This document shows positions 1-9,141 of a stretch of DNA of 48,832 nt, one piece after another. How positions within the stretch are numbered: position 1 is the first letter of the stretch; every line of letters begins with the position of its first letter. Origin of the DNA: an uncultured Candidatus Saccharibacteria bacterium (GTDB lineage Bacteria; Patescibacteriota; Minisyncoccia; Minisyncoccales; Staskawiczbacteraceae); contig CAZMKW010000001.1 in NCBI GenBank assembly GCA_964567205.1, forward strand, positions 1 to 48,832, written 5' to 3'. The notes beneath the pieces are model-generated. The model saw only the letters and a list, made by a program, of their open reading frames with translations, had not been told where the DNA came from and made no database searches. The position numbers and the translations under genes were made by a program.

Positions 1-55
1 CGAACCCGGCCCTCCTCCATGCCATGGAGGCGTAATACCGATTTACTATGGGCCC
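1..55 (-). tRNA. tRNA-Ala (anticodon GGC), 3' part cut off by window edge
   Basis: Reverse complement reads GGGCCCA-TA-GTAA-ATCGGTA-TTAC-G-CCTCC-ATGGCAT-GGAGG-AGGG-CCGGG-TTCG. It has U8, a 4-bp D stem, GG in the D loop, a 5-bp anticodon stem, U33, anticodon GGC, A37 and a TTCG T-loop start. The rest of the T arm and acceptor lie outside the window. Confidence 0.7.
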
Positions 56-121
56 CAATATCATCTATTATACTTATTTTTAATATTTTTTCAATCATCC
101 GATCGATGAACTCATGACAAA

Positions 122-152
122 TAAAAAGGAGTAACTCTTGCGAATTACTCCT
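122..152 (-). terminator. Intrinsic terminator of the acyltransferase cassette
   Basis: On the minus strand AGGAGTAA/TTACTCCT form an 8-bp stem followed by TTTTT. The stem overlaps the stop codon at 151-153. Confidence 0.65.
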
Positions 153-912
153 ATGTTGTACGATCCGCTAAAGCCAACATGGCATTAGCGATTACTATTG
201 TAAGTTTAGCCCGCGTCATCGCCTCCCAACCAACGGGGGGCTCAAACCAACTATACTTCACGATGACAGGTTCCCGGCCAAAATGAGGCCAAGAGAATAA
301 TGGCTTACGAGACTTAAGAACAATCTTGCCCGCTTCGGTCCAGACGAGCAAAATCTTAAGATTGCCTGCGCCTATCATGTGGCACAACCAAGCAACGGAT
401 GAGGTAGGAAGGCGGATTTTTTTTCCACCAGGGCTTATCATAAAATCCTTCCCAGTACACGTTCGGCCCGGTTCCAATGGATGTATTATTGCGCCACGGT
501 CTACTAGCACATTGCGCATAGCTCTTGCTCCGACGCCAGACCCGTTTGCTGTTTCGCGGTTAATAAATATCGCCCTAGGCTTCATAAGTATGCCTAACCA
601 CATTTTTTTGAAATTGCGACGGCACATTGTAAACCAGGGGGTAGCCGTGAATGGATGCCTCAACCATTGTTTTGCCCAAAGCAATGGAACTAGAAAAATC
701 TCGAACATACAATCAAATAGGTCTGGATGATTGTATATTACAAGCATTCCCGGCTCCAACGGAGGCAATCCTTTGTAATTGTCTATCTGGATTCTCCCTC
801 CGCAATAGAGTAACAGAAACAGAAGGAGAAGTGGGACGCCAACACCGTACATTACGGCCAGAATCCAGGCACTTACCAGAAAGCCGATAACGAGCTTCTT
901 TGGCTTTTTCAT
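151..912 (-). CDS. Putative lysophospholipid (PlsC/LPLAT-family) acyltransferase, membrane anchored
   Basis: 253-aa ORF with an N-terminal hydrophobic segment. It carries an HX4D motif (YNHPDLFD) and a downstream EPGRT resembling PlsC motif III. An AAGGAA RBS precedes the ATG. The gene is visibly GC-richer than the flanks. Confidence 0.55.
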   Translation of the reverse strand: MKKPKKLVIGFLVSAWILAVMYGVGVPLLLLFLLLYCGGRIQIDNYKGLPPLEPGMLVIYNHPDLFDCMFEIFLVPLLWAKQWLRHPFTATPWFTMCRRNFKKMWLGILMKPRAIFINRETANGSGVGARAMRNVLVDRGAIIHPLEPGRTCTGKDFMISPGGKKIRLPTSSVAWLCHMIGAGNLKILLVWTEAGKIVLKSRKPLFSWPHFGREPVIVKYSWFEPPVGWEAMTRAKLTIVIANAMLALADRTT

Positions 913-969
913 GTTGTAATTCCTTTCTTAACAACACTCTCTCCGTAGAATGTGAATGAACACTTTTGT

Positions 970-998
970 ATTATCTTATAAAAAACAACTTATGTCAA
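970..998 (-). promoter_or_regulatory. Sigma-70-like promoter for the 151..912 gene
   Basis: Minus strand reads TTGACA (998-993), a 17-nt spacer, then GATAAT (975-970). Confidence 0.5.
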
Positions 999-1011
999 CG
1001 TTGCGACTAAC

Positions 1012-1040
1012 AAAAAAACATGACTTGCTGACCATGTTTT
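1012..1040 (-). terminator. Intrinsic terminator downstream of mraY
   Basis: AAAACATG/CATGTTTT form an 8-bp stem with a 10-nt loop. A run of 7 T follows on the minus strand. Confidence 0.6.
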
Positions 1041-1063
1041 AATTAAAAAATTTTTGGAAAAAT

Positions 1064-2125
1064 TTATCTAAACAACCGCACGGCCACTCCAATGAAAGCT
1101 AATACTACGCCTATAATCCACGCGCGCATCGTAACTTTATATGACGGCCAACCAATTGCTTCAAAATGGTGGTGAATCGGTGTTGAAAGAAAAACTTTTT
1201 TCTTTCTGAATTTTTTAGACAAAAGCTGAATTATCACAGATAAAACTTCTATTACCAAAATTCCGCCAATTATCGGCACAACATAAACCGAATCTGTAAG
1301 AAAAGCCGTAACAGCCAGCACAGTTGTTAAGCCAAGTATGCCCGTCTCTCCCATATAAAACCTGGCAGGTGGAACATTAAACCATAAAAAAGCAAAAAGG
1401 GTTCCCGTAATAACCGCGCAAAAAGCCGCCAAATCAATCTTTCCTAAAGAAAAAGCTATGACCGTAAACGCTCCAAAAATCGACGCGAAAGTTCCGCCAG
1501 CCAATCCATCTAAGCCATCAACCACTCCTCCGGACCAACAGGCTAGTGTTGCTAAAATAAATAAAGGGATATACCAGAATCCGATAGAAACGTCTCCTAG
1601 AAAAGGGATATAAATCATATCCCATCCTAATTTTTGGTAAAACCAGATGCTTCCAACCAAACCGATTATGACTACCAATATTAAACGTTTTCTAAATCGC
1701 ATTCCGCCACCAATGTATTTTCCGCCACCACCAACAGCTAAAATATCGTCTGCCAAACCCACAATAGATGCAACAACCAAAGTAAAAAGTGGGAGCCAGG
1801 TTTGACTTCTTGATAAAAAGTTAAACTGTGCTATCCACGAATCTGGAAAAATTAAAGATAAGACAAAAAATAAAAAAATTATAAAAACAACCGTTATCCA
1901 TATAAGCAACCCACCCATGCGCGGAGTGCTCACCTCTTTCTCTTTATGTAAACCATTAAAAACAACCGCGTCTTCACCCGAGATCGCCTTCTGCCTTGCT
2001 GTTTTTTTCCAAAGTTTATGCTTATACAAAAAATTAGTTAGCAACGGGCACCAAAAAAAGGCGACAATTGAAGCTATGGCTGCAAGACTAAAAACTTTAA
2101 TAACGTTAAAAGCAATATCTGTCAT
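1064..2125 (-). CDS. mraY: Phospho-N-acetylmuramoyl-pentapeptide transferase
   Basis: 353-aa polytopic membrane ORF with the typical MraY layout and motifs (PRMGG, GLADD, DGLDGLA, HHHFE). Confidence 0.95.
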   Translation of the reverse strand: MTDIAFNVIKVFSLAAIASIVAFFWCPLLTNFLYKHKLWKKTARQKAISGEDAVVFNGLHKEKEVSTPRMGGLLIWITVVFIIFLFFVLSLIFPDSWIAQFNFLSRSQTWLPLFTLVVASIVGLADDILAVGGGGKYIGGGMRFRKRLILVVIIGLVGSIWFYQKLGWDMIYIPFLGDVSIGFWYIPLFILATLACWSGGVVDGLDGLAGGTFASIFGAFTVIAFSLGKIDLAAFCAVITGTLFAFLWFNVPPARFYMGETGILGLTTVLAVTAFLTDSVYVVPIIGGILVIEVLSVIIQLLSKKFRKKKVFLSTPIHHHFEAIGWPSYKVTMRAWIIGVVLAFIGVAVRLFR

Positions 2126-2126
2126 A

Positions 2127-3056
2127 TTATTTGCATATTACGCCAGTACAACTGATTAATTTTTGCATTTCTAAAAACCTGTCGTCGGCGCCTAAAATTA
2201 TATTTATTAAATAATCACTATTTTCCGGATTATTTAGCACCAAAAGTAAACAACCATTAGCTTCAATTGTAAAACCCGTTTTACTGAATACTACATTTGG
2301 GAGCTGTCCCAAAAGTTCGTCTGTGTTTTCTACGCTTCCAAAATAAGGGACATAAAACTCCTTAACTTTACTTATATCCGCTATTTTTGGGTAATTTTTT
2401 AAAATATATTCTGCGAGCATTTCTAGCTCTCTAGCTGTAGAAATATTTTCCGAACTCAAGCCGGTTGGATCCACAAAAAAAGTATTTTTTAAACCTATCT
2501 CCTCAGATTTTTGATTCATCAAAGCTACAAATTCCTTCTCTCCTATTAACTCAGATAAAGCATAGGCCGACTTATTACTAGACCTAACAAGCATTAAGTC
2601 TAAAAAACTTTCTACTGGCATTGAATCTCCTAATTCTACATCTTCCTTCATTGGATCCTGCGCATCAGCGACTTCACTAACCGTTATAGTGTCTGATAAA
2701 TTATAATTATCTAACACAATGATTGCCGTCATTAATTTGGTTAGGCTGGCAATAGGTAATTTTTTATCAGAGAATTTATTAAAAATAACTTTGCGAGAAC
2801 CAGAAAGATTGCTTTCAACAGATATTGCTGATTCTGCGACCACCTCTGTTTCGTCAGCCGGTTTAATATTATCCTGCGTCATATCCTGAGCTGAAACATT
2901 CTGCAAGCCACCAGAAATGTCTCCCAAGGCAACACCCCCATCTTGACCATTTAAGGGATGCACTAAAACCCACCTTATGCCAGAAAACATATACATAAAA
3001 ACCACCAAAAAAACAAATGATAATAAAAATCCTCCGATGGCGCGTTTTAAATTCAT
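2127..3056 (-). CDS. D-alanyl-D-alanine carboxypeptidase (S11 family), membrane anchored
   Basis: SxxK (ASLTKLMT), SxN (RSSNKS) and KTG (SKTGFT) motifs follow an N-terminal TM segment. The start overlaps the aspS stop (TAATG). Confidence 0.85.
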   Translation of the reverse strand: MNLKRAIGGFLLSFVFLVVFMYMFSGIRWVLVHPLNGQDGGVALGDISGGLQNVSAQDMTQDNIKPADETEVVAESAISVESNLSGSRKVIFNKFSDKKLPIASLTKLMTAIIVLDNYNLSDTITVSEVADAQDPMKEDVELGDSMPVESFLDLMLVRSSNKSAYALSELIGEKEFVALMNQKSEEIGLKNTFFVDPTGLSSENISTARELEMLAEYILKNYPKIADISKVKEFYVPYFGSVENTDELLGQLPNVVFSKTGFTIEANGCLLLVLNNPENSDYLINIILGADDRFLEMQKLISCTGVICK

Positions 3057-4480
3057 TATTTCTTTTTTTCTCCTTTTTCTTTTATTACGCTAATATGAAG
3101 CTCCTTAAGCTGTTTTTTATCAATTTCCGAGGGGGCGTGCATCATAAAGTCTCGTCCGTCTCCGGTTTTTGGAAAAGCAATCACTTCTCTTATATTTGGT
3201 TCGCCCAACAATAAAGCAAAAATCCTATCTAAACCCCAAGCAATTCCTCCATGAGGAGGAGCGCCGTATTTAAAAGCCTCCATCATGTGTCCAAATTTTT
3301 CTTGTATGACGTCTTTTTTATATCCCATTATTTCAAAAACTTTTTCCAAAGCTTCCGGACGATGATTTCTAATCGACCCTCCACCAATTTCAAAACCATT
3401 TAAAACAACATCATATTGACTTGTTAAAATATTCTCAATATTTTTTTGTTTCATCAAATCTTCGCTGAACTCAGGCTTAGCGGCCGAAAATGGGTTATGC
3501 GTGAAGGTCCATTTCTTTTCGTCGTTCTTTTCAAAAAACGGGAAATCGACCACCCAACAAAATGCTAAAAGATTTTTATCATCAGGGGACCCTTCGGGTC
3601 GTTCCCTTATATCGGGCCTGTCTGTTTTATATTTTGCCATCGCCTCTTTATAAGATATCCTTGGAAATGGAATTTTTTGAATCTTTTTTTCGGGAAATAA
3701 GTTTTGCACTATTAAAATTAAAAGGCGTTCGGTAAGCCCCATAACGTCTTCCTGTTCAACAAAGCTCATTTCCAGATCGAGCTGAGTGAATTCCGGTTGT
3801 CTATCCCCTCTTGGATCTTCGTCTCTCAAACATTTTGCAATCTGAAAATATTTTTCAATACCGGCAACCATTAACAACTGCTTATATTGTTGCGGGGACT
3901 GCGGAAGAGCATAAAATTGGCCTGCGTTTAACCTTGATGGCACGATATAATCTCTTGCGCCTTCGGGCGTTGATTTTGTCAAAATAGGGGTTTCAATCTC
4001 GGCAAAACCCTCTTTATCCATAAAGTCGCGGATAAATTTTATAACCTTATGTCGCACAATAAAATTATTTTTCAACCTTTGCCTTCTTAAGTCTAAATAT
4101 CTATATTTCATTCTTGTCTCCTCACCAATATCATAACCGTCCCCTTCGATAGATAGTGGTATGGCCTCGGACTCGGACAAAACTTTTAAACTTTCCACCG
4201 AAAGCTCAACCTGCCCGGTCTCTATCTTTGGGTTAATCATATTTTCCGGTCTTTTTACTACTTGTCCTCTTATTTCCACAACCCATTCAGGTCTTATAGT
4301 TTGAGCCAATTCATAAGCCTCCTTATTTGAGGGCACAAAAACAACCTGCATAATTCCACTTATGTCCCGCAAATCGATAAATAAAATCTTTCCATGAACC
4401 CTTCTTGTGTCAACCCATCCGCAAACCCTAACTTCTTCTCCAATATGTTTTGCCGTATCTTTTACTAAAAATCTTTGCAT
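3056..4480 (-). CDS. aspS: Aspartyl-tRNA synthetase, bacterial-type core without the GAD insertion domain
   Basis: N-terminal OB-fold sequence plus FYALPQSPQQYKQLLM and RDEDPRGDRQPEFTQLDLEMSF class II motifs. The ORF is only 474 aa. The sequence passes from DRPDIR almost directly to WVVDFPFFE. Confidence 0.93.
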   Translation of the reverse strand: MQRFLVKDTAKHIGEEVRVCGWVDTRRVHGKILFIDLRDISGIMQVVFVPSNKEAYELAQTIRPEWVVEIRGQVVKRPENMINPKIETGQVELSVESLKVLSESEAIPLSIEGDGYDIGEETRMKYRYLDLRRQRLKNNFIVRHKVIKFIRDFMDKEGFAEIETPILTKSTPEGARDYIVPSRLNAGQFYALPQSPQQYKQLLMVAGIEKYFQIAKCLRDEDPRGDRQPEFTQLDLEMSFVEQEDVMGLTERLLILIVQNLFPEKKIQKIPFPRISYKEAMAKYKTDRPDIRERPEGSPDDKNLLAFCWVVDFPFFEKNDEKKWTFTHNPFSAAKPEFSEDLMKQKNIENILTSQYDVVLNGFEIGGGSIRNHRPEALEKVFEIMGYKKDVIQEKFGHMMEAFKYGAPPHGGIAWGLDRIFALLLGEPNIREVIAFPKTGDGRDFMMHAPSEIDKKQLKELHISVIKEKGEKKK

Positions 4481-4507
4481 ATATTAAAAATTTAAAAAAT
4501 ATAAAAT

Positions 4508-5140
4508 TTATTTACTAAACCGAAAACTCGAAATTATCTTATCTAATATTTTCGGCTGGCTCTCGTTTGTTGCCACGCAGTCGTCATAATTTTTTTTCTG
4601 ATCAGTATCACCCGGCTCTAACGGCAAATAAAAATCGCAATTTACAGTGGTTACAGCAAAATACGCGACAATACATTTCTGATTTTTAACCGTGGCATAA
4701 TAGTAATAGTTGAATGCATGTCCGGTTGCCGAGTCTCCAGTTGCATACAAGCAATATTGAATATTATTTATTGTTTGCTTCTGCCCATCGACATCCCAAT
4801 ATCCCGGAGACGATATATTATTTTCTATTGCTTTTGAGCTTCCTCCTTGTTCAGATAAATTTTTTGCAACAATACTACTTATATTTGGACATTGATCGGG
4901 AAAAACATCGTAATTGCAGTCTCCCATAAGGATTTGTGGCTGTTGATTTTGGTCAAAAAATCCGTCCGGATATTTAAACTCAAAACCATAGTCGACGCTT
5001 TGGCGCGTTTCCCAGTCCGACGTTCCATCTTGCCGAACTTGGTTTTTTTGTGATAAAAATTCCTGGTACAAAAAATATCCTGCAAGAGCAGACACAATAA
5101 TAATTATAAAAATAGCGAATATAGATTTATTCTTCATCAT
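4508..5140 (-). CDS. Hypothetical membrane-anchored, Cys-containing exported protein
   Basis: 210-aa ORF with an N-terminal TM/signal anchor and no recognised domain. It fills the gap between aspS and tyrS. Confidence 0.55.
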   Translation of the reverse strand: MMKNKSIFAIFIIIIVSALAGYFLYQEFLSQKNQVRQDGTSDWETRQSVDYGFEFKYPDGFFDQNQQPQILMGDCNYDVFPDQCPNISSIVAKNLSEQGGSSKAIENNISSPGYWDVDGQKQTINNIQYCLYATGDSATGHAFNYYYYATVKNQKCIVAYFAVTTVNCDFYLPLEPGDTDQKKNYDDCVATNESQPKILDKIISSFRFSK

Positions 5141-5141
5141 C

Positions 5142-6341
5142 CTATTCTAAAATGATCTTTATAAATTTTCTGCTTCCAACTTTTACTATCATTCCATTTT
5201 CTAATGTTATCTCTTCTCTCCAATCACCAACTCTTGATTCTTCATTATTCTTTATAATGTAAACTCCGCCACCATCAACAAGTCTTTTGGCTTCATTTTT
5301 TGATTGGGCTAACTTACTGTCGCACAATAAATCGAGGATCGAGTATTTTTCTTTAGACGTGCTAAACATCGGCACATCTGTTGGTAACTCTTTATTTCTA
5401 AAAACCCTGTCAAACTCTTCTTCAGCTTTCTGTGCAACTTTTTCTCCGTGGTACATTTTCACAATTTCCTTTGCTAATTTGGCTTTCTGGTCTCTTGGAT
5501 TTATCGCGCTTTGATTTTTTTCAATTTCAGTAAGCGGAACTCTCGTGCAAAGTTCGAAATACCGGAGGATTAGATTATCCGGAAGAGACATAATTCTACC
5601 GTAAACATCAGAAGGCTTATCAGTAAGAGCAATATAATTATCCAGAGATTTGCTCATTTTTTCCTTGCCGTCCAGGCCCTCAAGCAGAGGAATCGTAATA
5701 ACGTCTTGTGGTTCTTGGCCGTATCTTTTTTGGATCTGCCTACCCATTAATATATTAAATTTTTGATCGGTCCCACCAATTTCCACGTCAGCTTTCAGGG
5801 CCACAGAGTCATATCCTTGCAAAACAGGATATAAAAATTCTTCGACAGTGAAATCTTTGTCTTCCGCAAGTCGCTTTTTAAAATCTTCGCGGGCAGAAAC
5901 TTGGCCATAGGTAACCTTTGTCGCCAACTGCATCATTTCCGTTAAATTCATCTTGTTCCACCATTCCGAATTATAGCGAATTTCCACTTTGCGCAAATTT
6001 AGAATCAATCCTGCTTGTTTTTTATAAGTTTTCATATTCTCCTTTATTTGCCTCTCTGTCATCGGCTCACGCTTAGAGGTCCTTCCAGTTGGGTCCCCAA
6101 TTCTTGCTGTAAAATCCCCTATTAAAAAAATGATCTGATGCCCTACGTCCTGGAGCTCTTTCAGCTTCCATAGGCAAACAGAGTGCCCTAAATGTAAAAC
6201 AGACCCGGTGGGATCAATCCCAAACTTTATTCTAAGCTTCTCCCCTTTTACCAGCCGCTCTTCTAAGTGGTCTTCTACAATAACTTCTTGTGCGCCTCTG
6301 GTCAGTATCTCTTTAGCTTTTTGACTATTGATTGTTACCAT
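5142..6341 (-). CDS. tyrS: Tyrosyl-tRNA synthetase
   Basis: HIGH-type motif (HLGH), KMSKS, and a C-terminal S4-like region (AKRLVDGGGVYI). Confidence 0.95.
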   Translation of the reverse strand: MVTINSQKAKEILTRGAQEVIVEDHLEERLVKGEKLRIKFGIDPTGSVLHLGHSVCLWKLKELQDVGHQIIFLIGDFTARIGDPTGRTSKREPMTERQIKENMKTYKKQAGLILNLRKVEIRYNSEWWNKMNLTEMMQLATKVTYGQVSAREDFKKRLAEDKDFTVEEFLYPVLQGYDSVALKADVEIGGTDQKFNILMGRQIQKRYGQEPQDVITIPLLEGLDGKEKMSKSLDNYIALTDKPSDVYGRIMSLPDNLILRYFELCTRVPLTEIEKNQSAINPRDQKAKLAKEIVKMYHGEKVAQKAEEEFDRVFRNKELPTDVPMFSTSKEKYSILDLLCDSKLAQSKNEAKRLVDGGGVYIIKNNEESRVGDWREEITLENGMIVKVGSRKFIKIILE

Positions 6342-6488
6342 AATTTTAGATCAAAAACATTATTAAATAATAGCAATTTTTGTAAAAAAAAGAAAGTGAT
6401 GTTTATACACTACTTTCCTTTACTCATTGCGACCCTCGTCCTCATCTCGCTGTCGATGATTTTACATTCATACATAAGTCGGCGACAC

Positions 6489-7793
6489 TTAAAACTTATC
6501 TGCAAGTTTATAAATATCACCCGCACCCATGATTATCAAAACCTCTACTGGACTCATACTGTCTTTAATAAAACCTTCTAGTTTTTGCAATGGGAGATAC
6601 CCGATATTTTCACGATTTATTTTTTTGACTAATTTCTCAGAGCTAACTTCGTTATTTATCGTTTTAGTTTCCCTACCGGCTACGTCATAAATATCAGTAA
6701 TGATTATTTTATCAATCGACACGGATCTGAATGTTTTAACGAAGTCATTAAATAAATAATACGTTCTTTGATGCTGATGTGGCTGGAAAATACACATTAT
6801 CTTTTTATTTGGATATTTTTCGCGGGTAGCTTTTAGAGTTGCTGAAATTTCGTTTGGATGATGACCGTAATCAGATACTATTGTTATTTCTTTACCATTT
6901 ACGTTTCCCGTTTTAACTTCAAACCTCCTCCATGTCCCCCGAAACTCCGAAAGAGCCCTTAATGAAATACTGTCGGGGATTGCTAGAATTCGCGCAACCT
7001 GCAAAGCGGCCAACGCGTTTGAAACATTGTGTTGTCCGGGAATTTTTAAAACTCTATTTAGCTTTTTTGCCTCCGGTTGTTTTAAAGAATAATTTTTAAT
7101 TTTAAATTTTACCTTTGAACTTGTAATTTTAACTTTTGAGTTTTTTTCATCGTCTTTATTAAAAACCAAAAACCCATTCATCGGAAGTCGCATAATAAAA
7201 CTCTTAAACGCTTTTTTCACGTTTGCAAAAGTCTTAAAATAATCCAAATGTTCTTTATCAATATTTGTAATAACTTCTATTTTAGGCGAGTAATATAAAA
7301 ATGAAGAATCGTATTCGCACGCCTCTATGACCAAAAATTTGCCTTTGCCCGACCTAAAATTTGAACCGCCAAACTCTTTTAATTTAGTTCCCACAATAAC
7401 TGTGGGGTCAAGTCCGGCTTCCACTAAAATTAAACCGATCATAGCAGTTGTCGTGCTTTTACCGTGTGCTCCCGCCACTGCAATTGTATAATATTCTTTT
7501 GTTAGGTCACCCAAAGCTTCTGGATACGATTTAGTTTTCAGTTTATAGCCGGTAGCTTGCAACAGCTCAGGATTATCTTTTTTAATGGCGGGGCTATATA
7601 CCACCAAATCTAAGTCTTGTTTTATATTTTCAGCGGAATTTCCAATAAAAACTTTTATGCCCTTTCTAGCCACAAAATCTGTGATTTCCGAAGCAACCAA
7701 ATCAGACCCCGAGACCTCGTGTCCTTTTGAAAGATAATACTGCGCCAGTGCACTAACCCCTATTCCCCCAATACCTATTAAATGAATTCTCAT
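6489..7793 (-). CDS. murC: UDP-N-acetylmuramate--L-alanine ligase
   Basis: Begins MRIHLIGIGGIGVSALA, with the GAHGKSTT P-loop and Mur ligase body. The start was moved to the internal ATG at 7793, which overlaps the upstream stop (ATGA). The 22 codons upstream look like read-through of that ORF. Confidence 0.92.
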   Translation of the reverse strand: MRIHLIGIGGIGVSALAQYYLSKGHEVSGSDLVASEITDFVARKGIKVFIGNSAENIKQDLDLVVYSPAIKKDNPELLQATGYKLKTKSYPEALGDLTKEYYTIAVAGAHGKSTTTAMIGLILVEAGLDPTVIVGTKLKEFGGSNFRSGKGKFLVIEACEYDSSFLYYSPKIEVITNIDKEHLDYFKTFANVKKAFKSFIMRLPMNGFLVFNKDDEKNSKVKITSSKVKFKIKNYSLKQPEAKKLNRVLKIPGQHNVSNALAALQVARILAIPDSISLRALSEFRGTWRRFEVKTGNVNGKEITIVSDYGHHPNEISATLKATREKYPNKKIMCIFQPHQHQRTYYLFNDFVKTFRSVSIDKIIITDIYDVAGRETKTINNEVSSEKLVKKINRENIGYLPLQKLEGFIKDSMSPVEVLIIMGAGDIYKLADKF

Positions 7794-7993
7794 TTTGATT
7801 GTTTTATTCTGCCTTTCTGTTCTTTTGAACACTCGGAACATATAACATGAGTTACGCATCCTTCTGTTTTTTTATAAAACCCTGACTCCCCCATATCTTT
7901 TCCGCACCACCCGCAAACATTTCTGACCGGAAATTCTTTTTCCGGCTCGGGCCGTTCTGGTTCTCTAGGATCTTTGTTTTCTATGTTCTTCAT
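7790..7993 (-). CDS. Small zinc-ribbon-like protein, translationally coupled to murC
   Basis: 67 aa with two CxxC pairs (CGWC, CSEC) and an acidic Pro-rich N-terminus. ATGA overlap with murC. Confidence 0.6.
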   Translation of the reverse strand: MKNIENKDPREPERPEPEKEFPVRNVCGWCGKDMGESGFYKKTEGCVTHVICSECSKEQKGRIKQSK

Positions 7994-7997
7994 GTTT

Positions 7998-8567
7998 TTA
8001 ATTTTTTAACTGGTGCGATTCTAAAATTGTGTAAGCTGGGCCACCCTTTTTCATTTCCGACTCCATAACTTCAATTGATTCTACGGTGAAAATTAAATCC
8101 AAATTTTCGTTTATTTCCGGCCTTTCTTCGGGCTCAATTACCCGCCACTCCATGGCGCTAATTCTGGCTAAAGTAATATGTGGCGCGAATACTCTGTTTT
8201 CCGGAACAAAACGAATTTTTTCCGTTAAAGACATTTCCAAATCTTCGCGAAGCCCCGACAACTTTTCTGACTTATCGCCCTGTGCCCAAACAAATTTTGG
8301 TGGTATCTTTTTCGGTGGAGCATATAAAACTTGGCTTATATTCAAAGAAAAAGAATTGTGCCTTTCTGCAACCTCTTTTACAATCAAACAAACTTCGCCT
8401 ATTTCTTCTTCTGTAAGCGCGCCCAAAAATTCCAGAGTAATATGCAGATTGTCTTTTGGCGTCCATTTGGCAGGCAAACCTGACCATTTTTCGGCATAAG
8501 AAAACAGCTCTCTTTTTATGTCTCCAGGCAAATTTATAGCTACAAAAACTCTATGTCTTTTTTCCAT
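7998..8567 (-). CDS. thpR: RNA 2',3'-cyclic phosphodiesterase (2H phosphoesterase, ThpR/LigT family)
   Basis: Two HxT motifs (LHITLEFLG and PHITLARI) at the expected spacing in a 189-aa protein. Confidence 0.85.
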   Translation of the reverse strand: MEKRHRVFVAINLPGDIKRELFSYAEKWSGLPAKWTPKDNLHITLEFLGALTEEEIGEVCLIVKEVAERHNSFSLNISQVLYAPPKKIPPKFVWAQGDKSEKLSGLREDLEMSLTEKIRFVPENRVFAPHITLARISAMEWRVIEPEERPEINENLDLIFTVESIEVMESEMKKGGPAYTILESHQLKN

Positions 8568-8623
8568 AATTATTGGTTACAGATATAACTTATCCTATCA
8601 AAAAAATGCCTCCTTAACAATAT

Positions 8624-8652
8624 TTGACAAGACGAAATTAGAATGTTAATAA
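8624..8652 (+). promoter_or_regulatory. Sigma-70-like promoter for 8683..9099
   Basis: TTGACA (8624-8629), 17-nt spacer, TAATAA (8647-8652). Confidence 0.5.
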
Positions 8653-8682
8653 TAAGCTGGCACATTTCATAGGGAGACTAAC

Positions 8683-9099
8683 GTGAAAAAAGAAGACGAA
8701 AAAAAAATTGAGGTAAACGACTTCGTAATTGTGGTCATTCCCGACCACAACCCGCCCATCCGTTGTTGGGGCCTAGTTACGAGCCGATTTCCAAGCGGAA
8801 ACCTGAACGTGCAAATCGAAGACGCGATGACTGGAGATCTCGCCGTCATTATCGCTAAGCCGGAAAACCTTCTTTTTGTCCGACGAACGCAGGGAGAATT
8901 TTCTACGCCCTCGCTGGCGTTTGCGTGGTACAACAGCGAATTAGCCCTGGAAAACACGCTCTATAGGATTCTAAACCGAGAAACAAGGGCCCTACTCAGG
9001 ATAGAGCGAAAAATAGCAAGAAGAAGCGACGAACGCCGGCAAAGCTGGCTTCAGCTCTTCCATTTAACGCGCAAACCCAAGTCCCCGCCCGGATCTTAA
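8683..9099 (+). CDS. Hypothetical protein (GC-richer cassette)
   Basis: 138-aa ORF with a GTG start 5 nt after an AGGGAGA RBS. It has its own promoter and terminator and no recognised motif. The overlapping minus ORF 8667..8957 lacks such signals. Confidence 0.6.
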   Translation: MKKEDEKKIEVNDFVIVVIPDHNPPIRCWGLVTSRFPSGNLNVQIEDAMTGDLAVIIAKPENLLFVRRTQGEFSTPSLAFAWYNSELALENTLYRILNRETRALLRIERKIARRSDERRQSWLQLFHLTRKPKSPPGS

Positions 9100-9117
9100 G
9101 ATTCGGGCTATTTTTTT
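9088..9117 (+). terminator. Intrinsic terminator of 8683..9099
   Basis: CCCGGATC/GATTCGGG stem (one G-U pair), TTAA loop, then a T7 tract. The stem overlaps the stop codon. Confidence 0.6.
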
Positions 9118-9141
9118 ACAAAAATATGATAGAATAAGAAT

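Noticed and set aside
326-937. Overlapping ORFs 326..730(+), 651..890(+) and 713..937(-) within or against the acyltransferase gene
   Set aside because: They lie inside a longer ORF that carries recognisable motifs and expression signals, have no RBS or motifs of their own, and such shadow ORFs are expected in GC-richer DNA.
6342-6488. Possible T-box or other leader upstream of tyrS
   Set aside because: Only 147 nt are available, and they also contain the murC terminator-like hairpin and a promoter candidate. No T-box consensus or specifier-loop architecture was seen.
8667-8957. Minus-strand 96-aa ORF overlapping 8683..9099
   Set aside because: The plus-strand ORF has a promoter, an AGGGAGA RBS and a terminator. 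The minus ORF has none of these.
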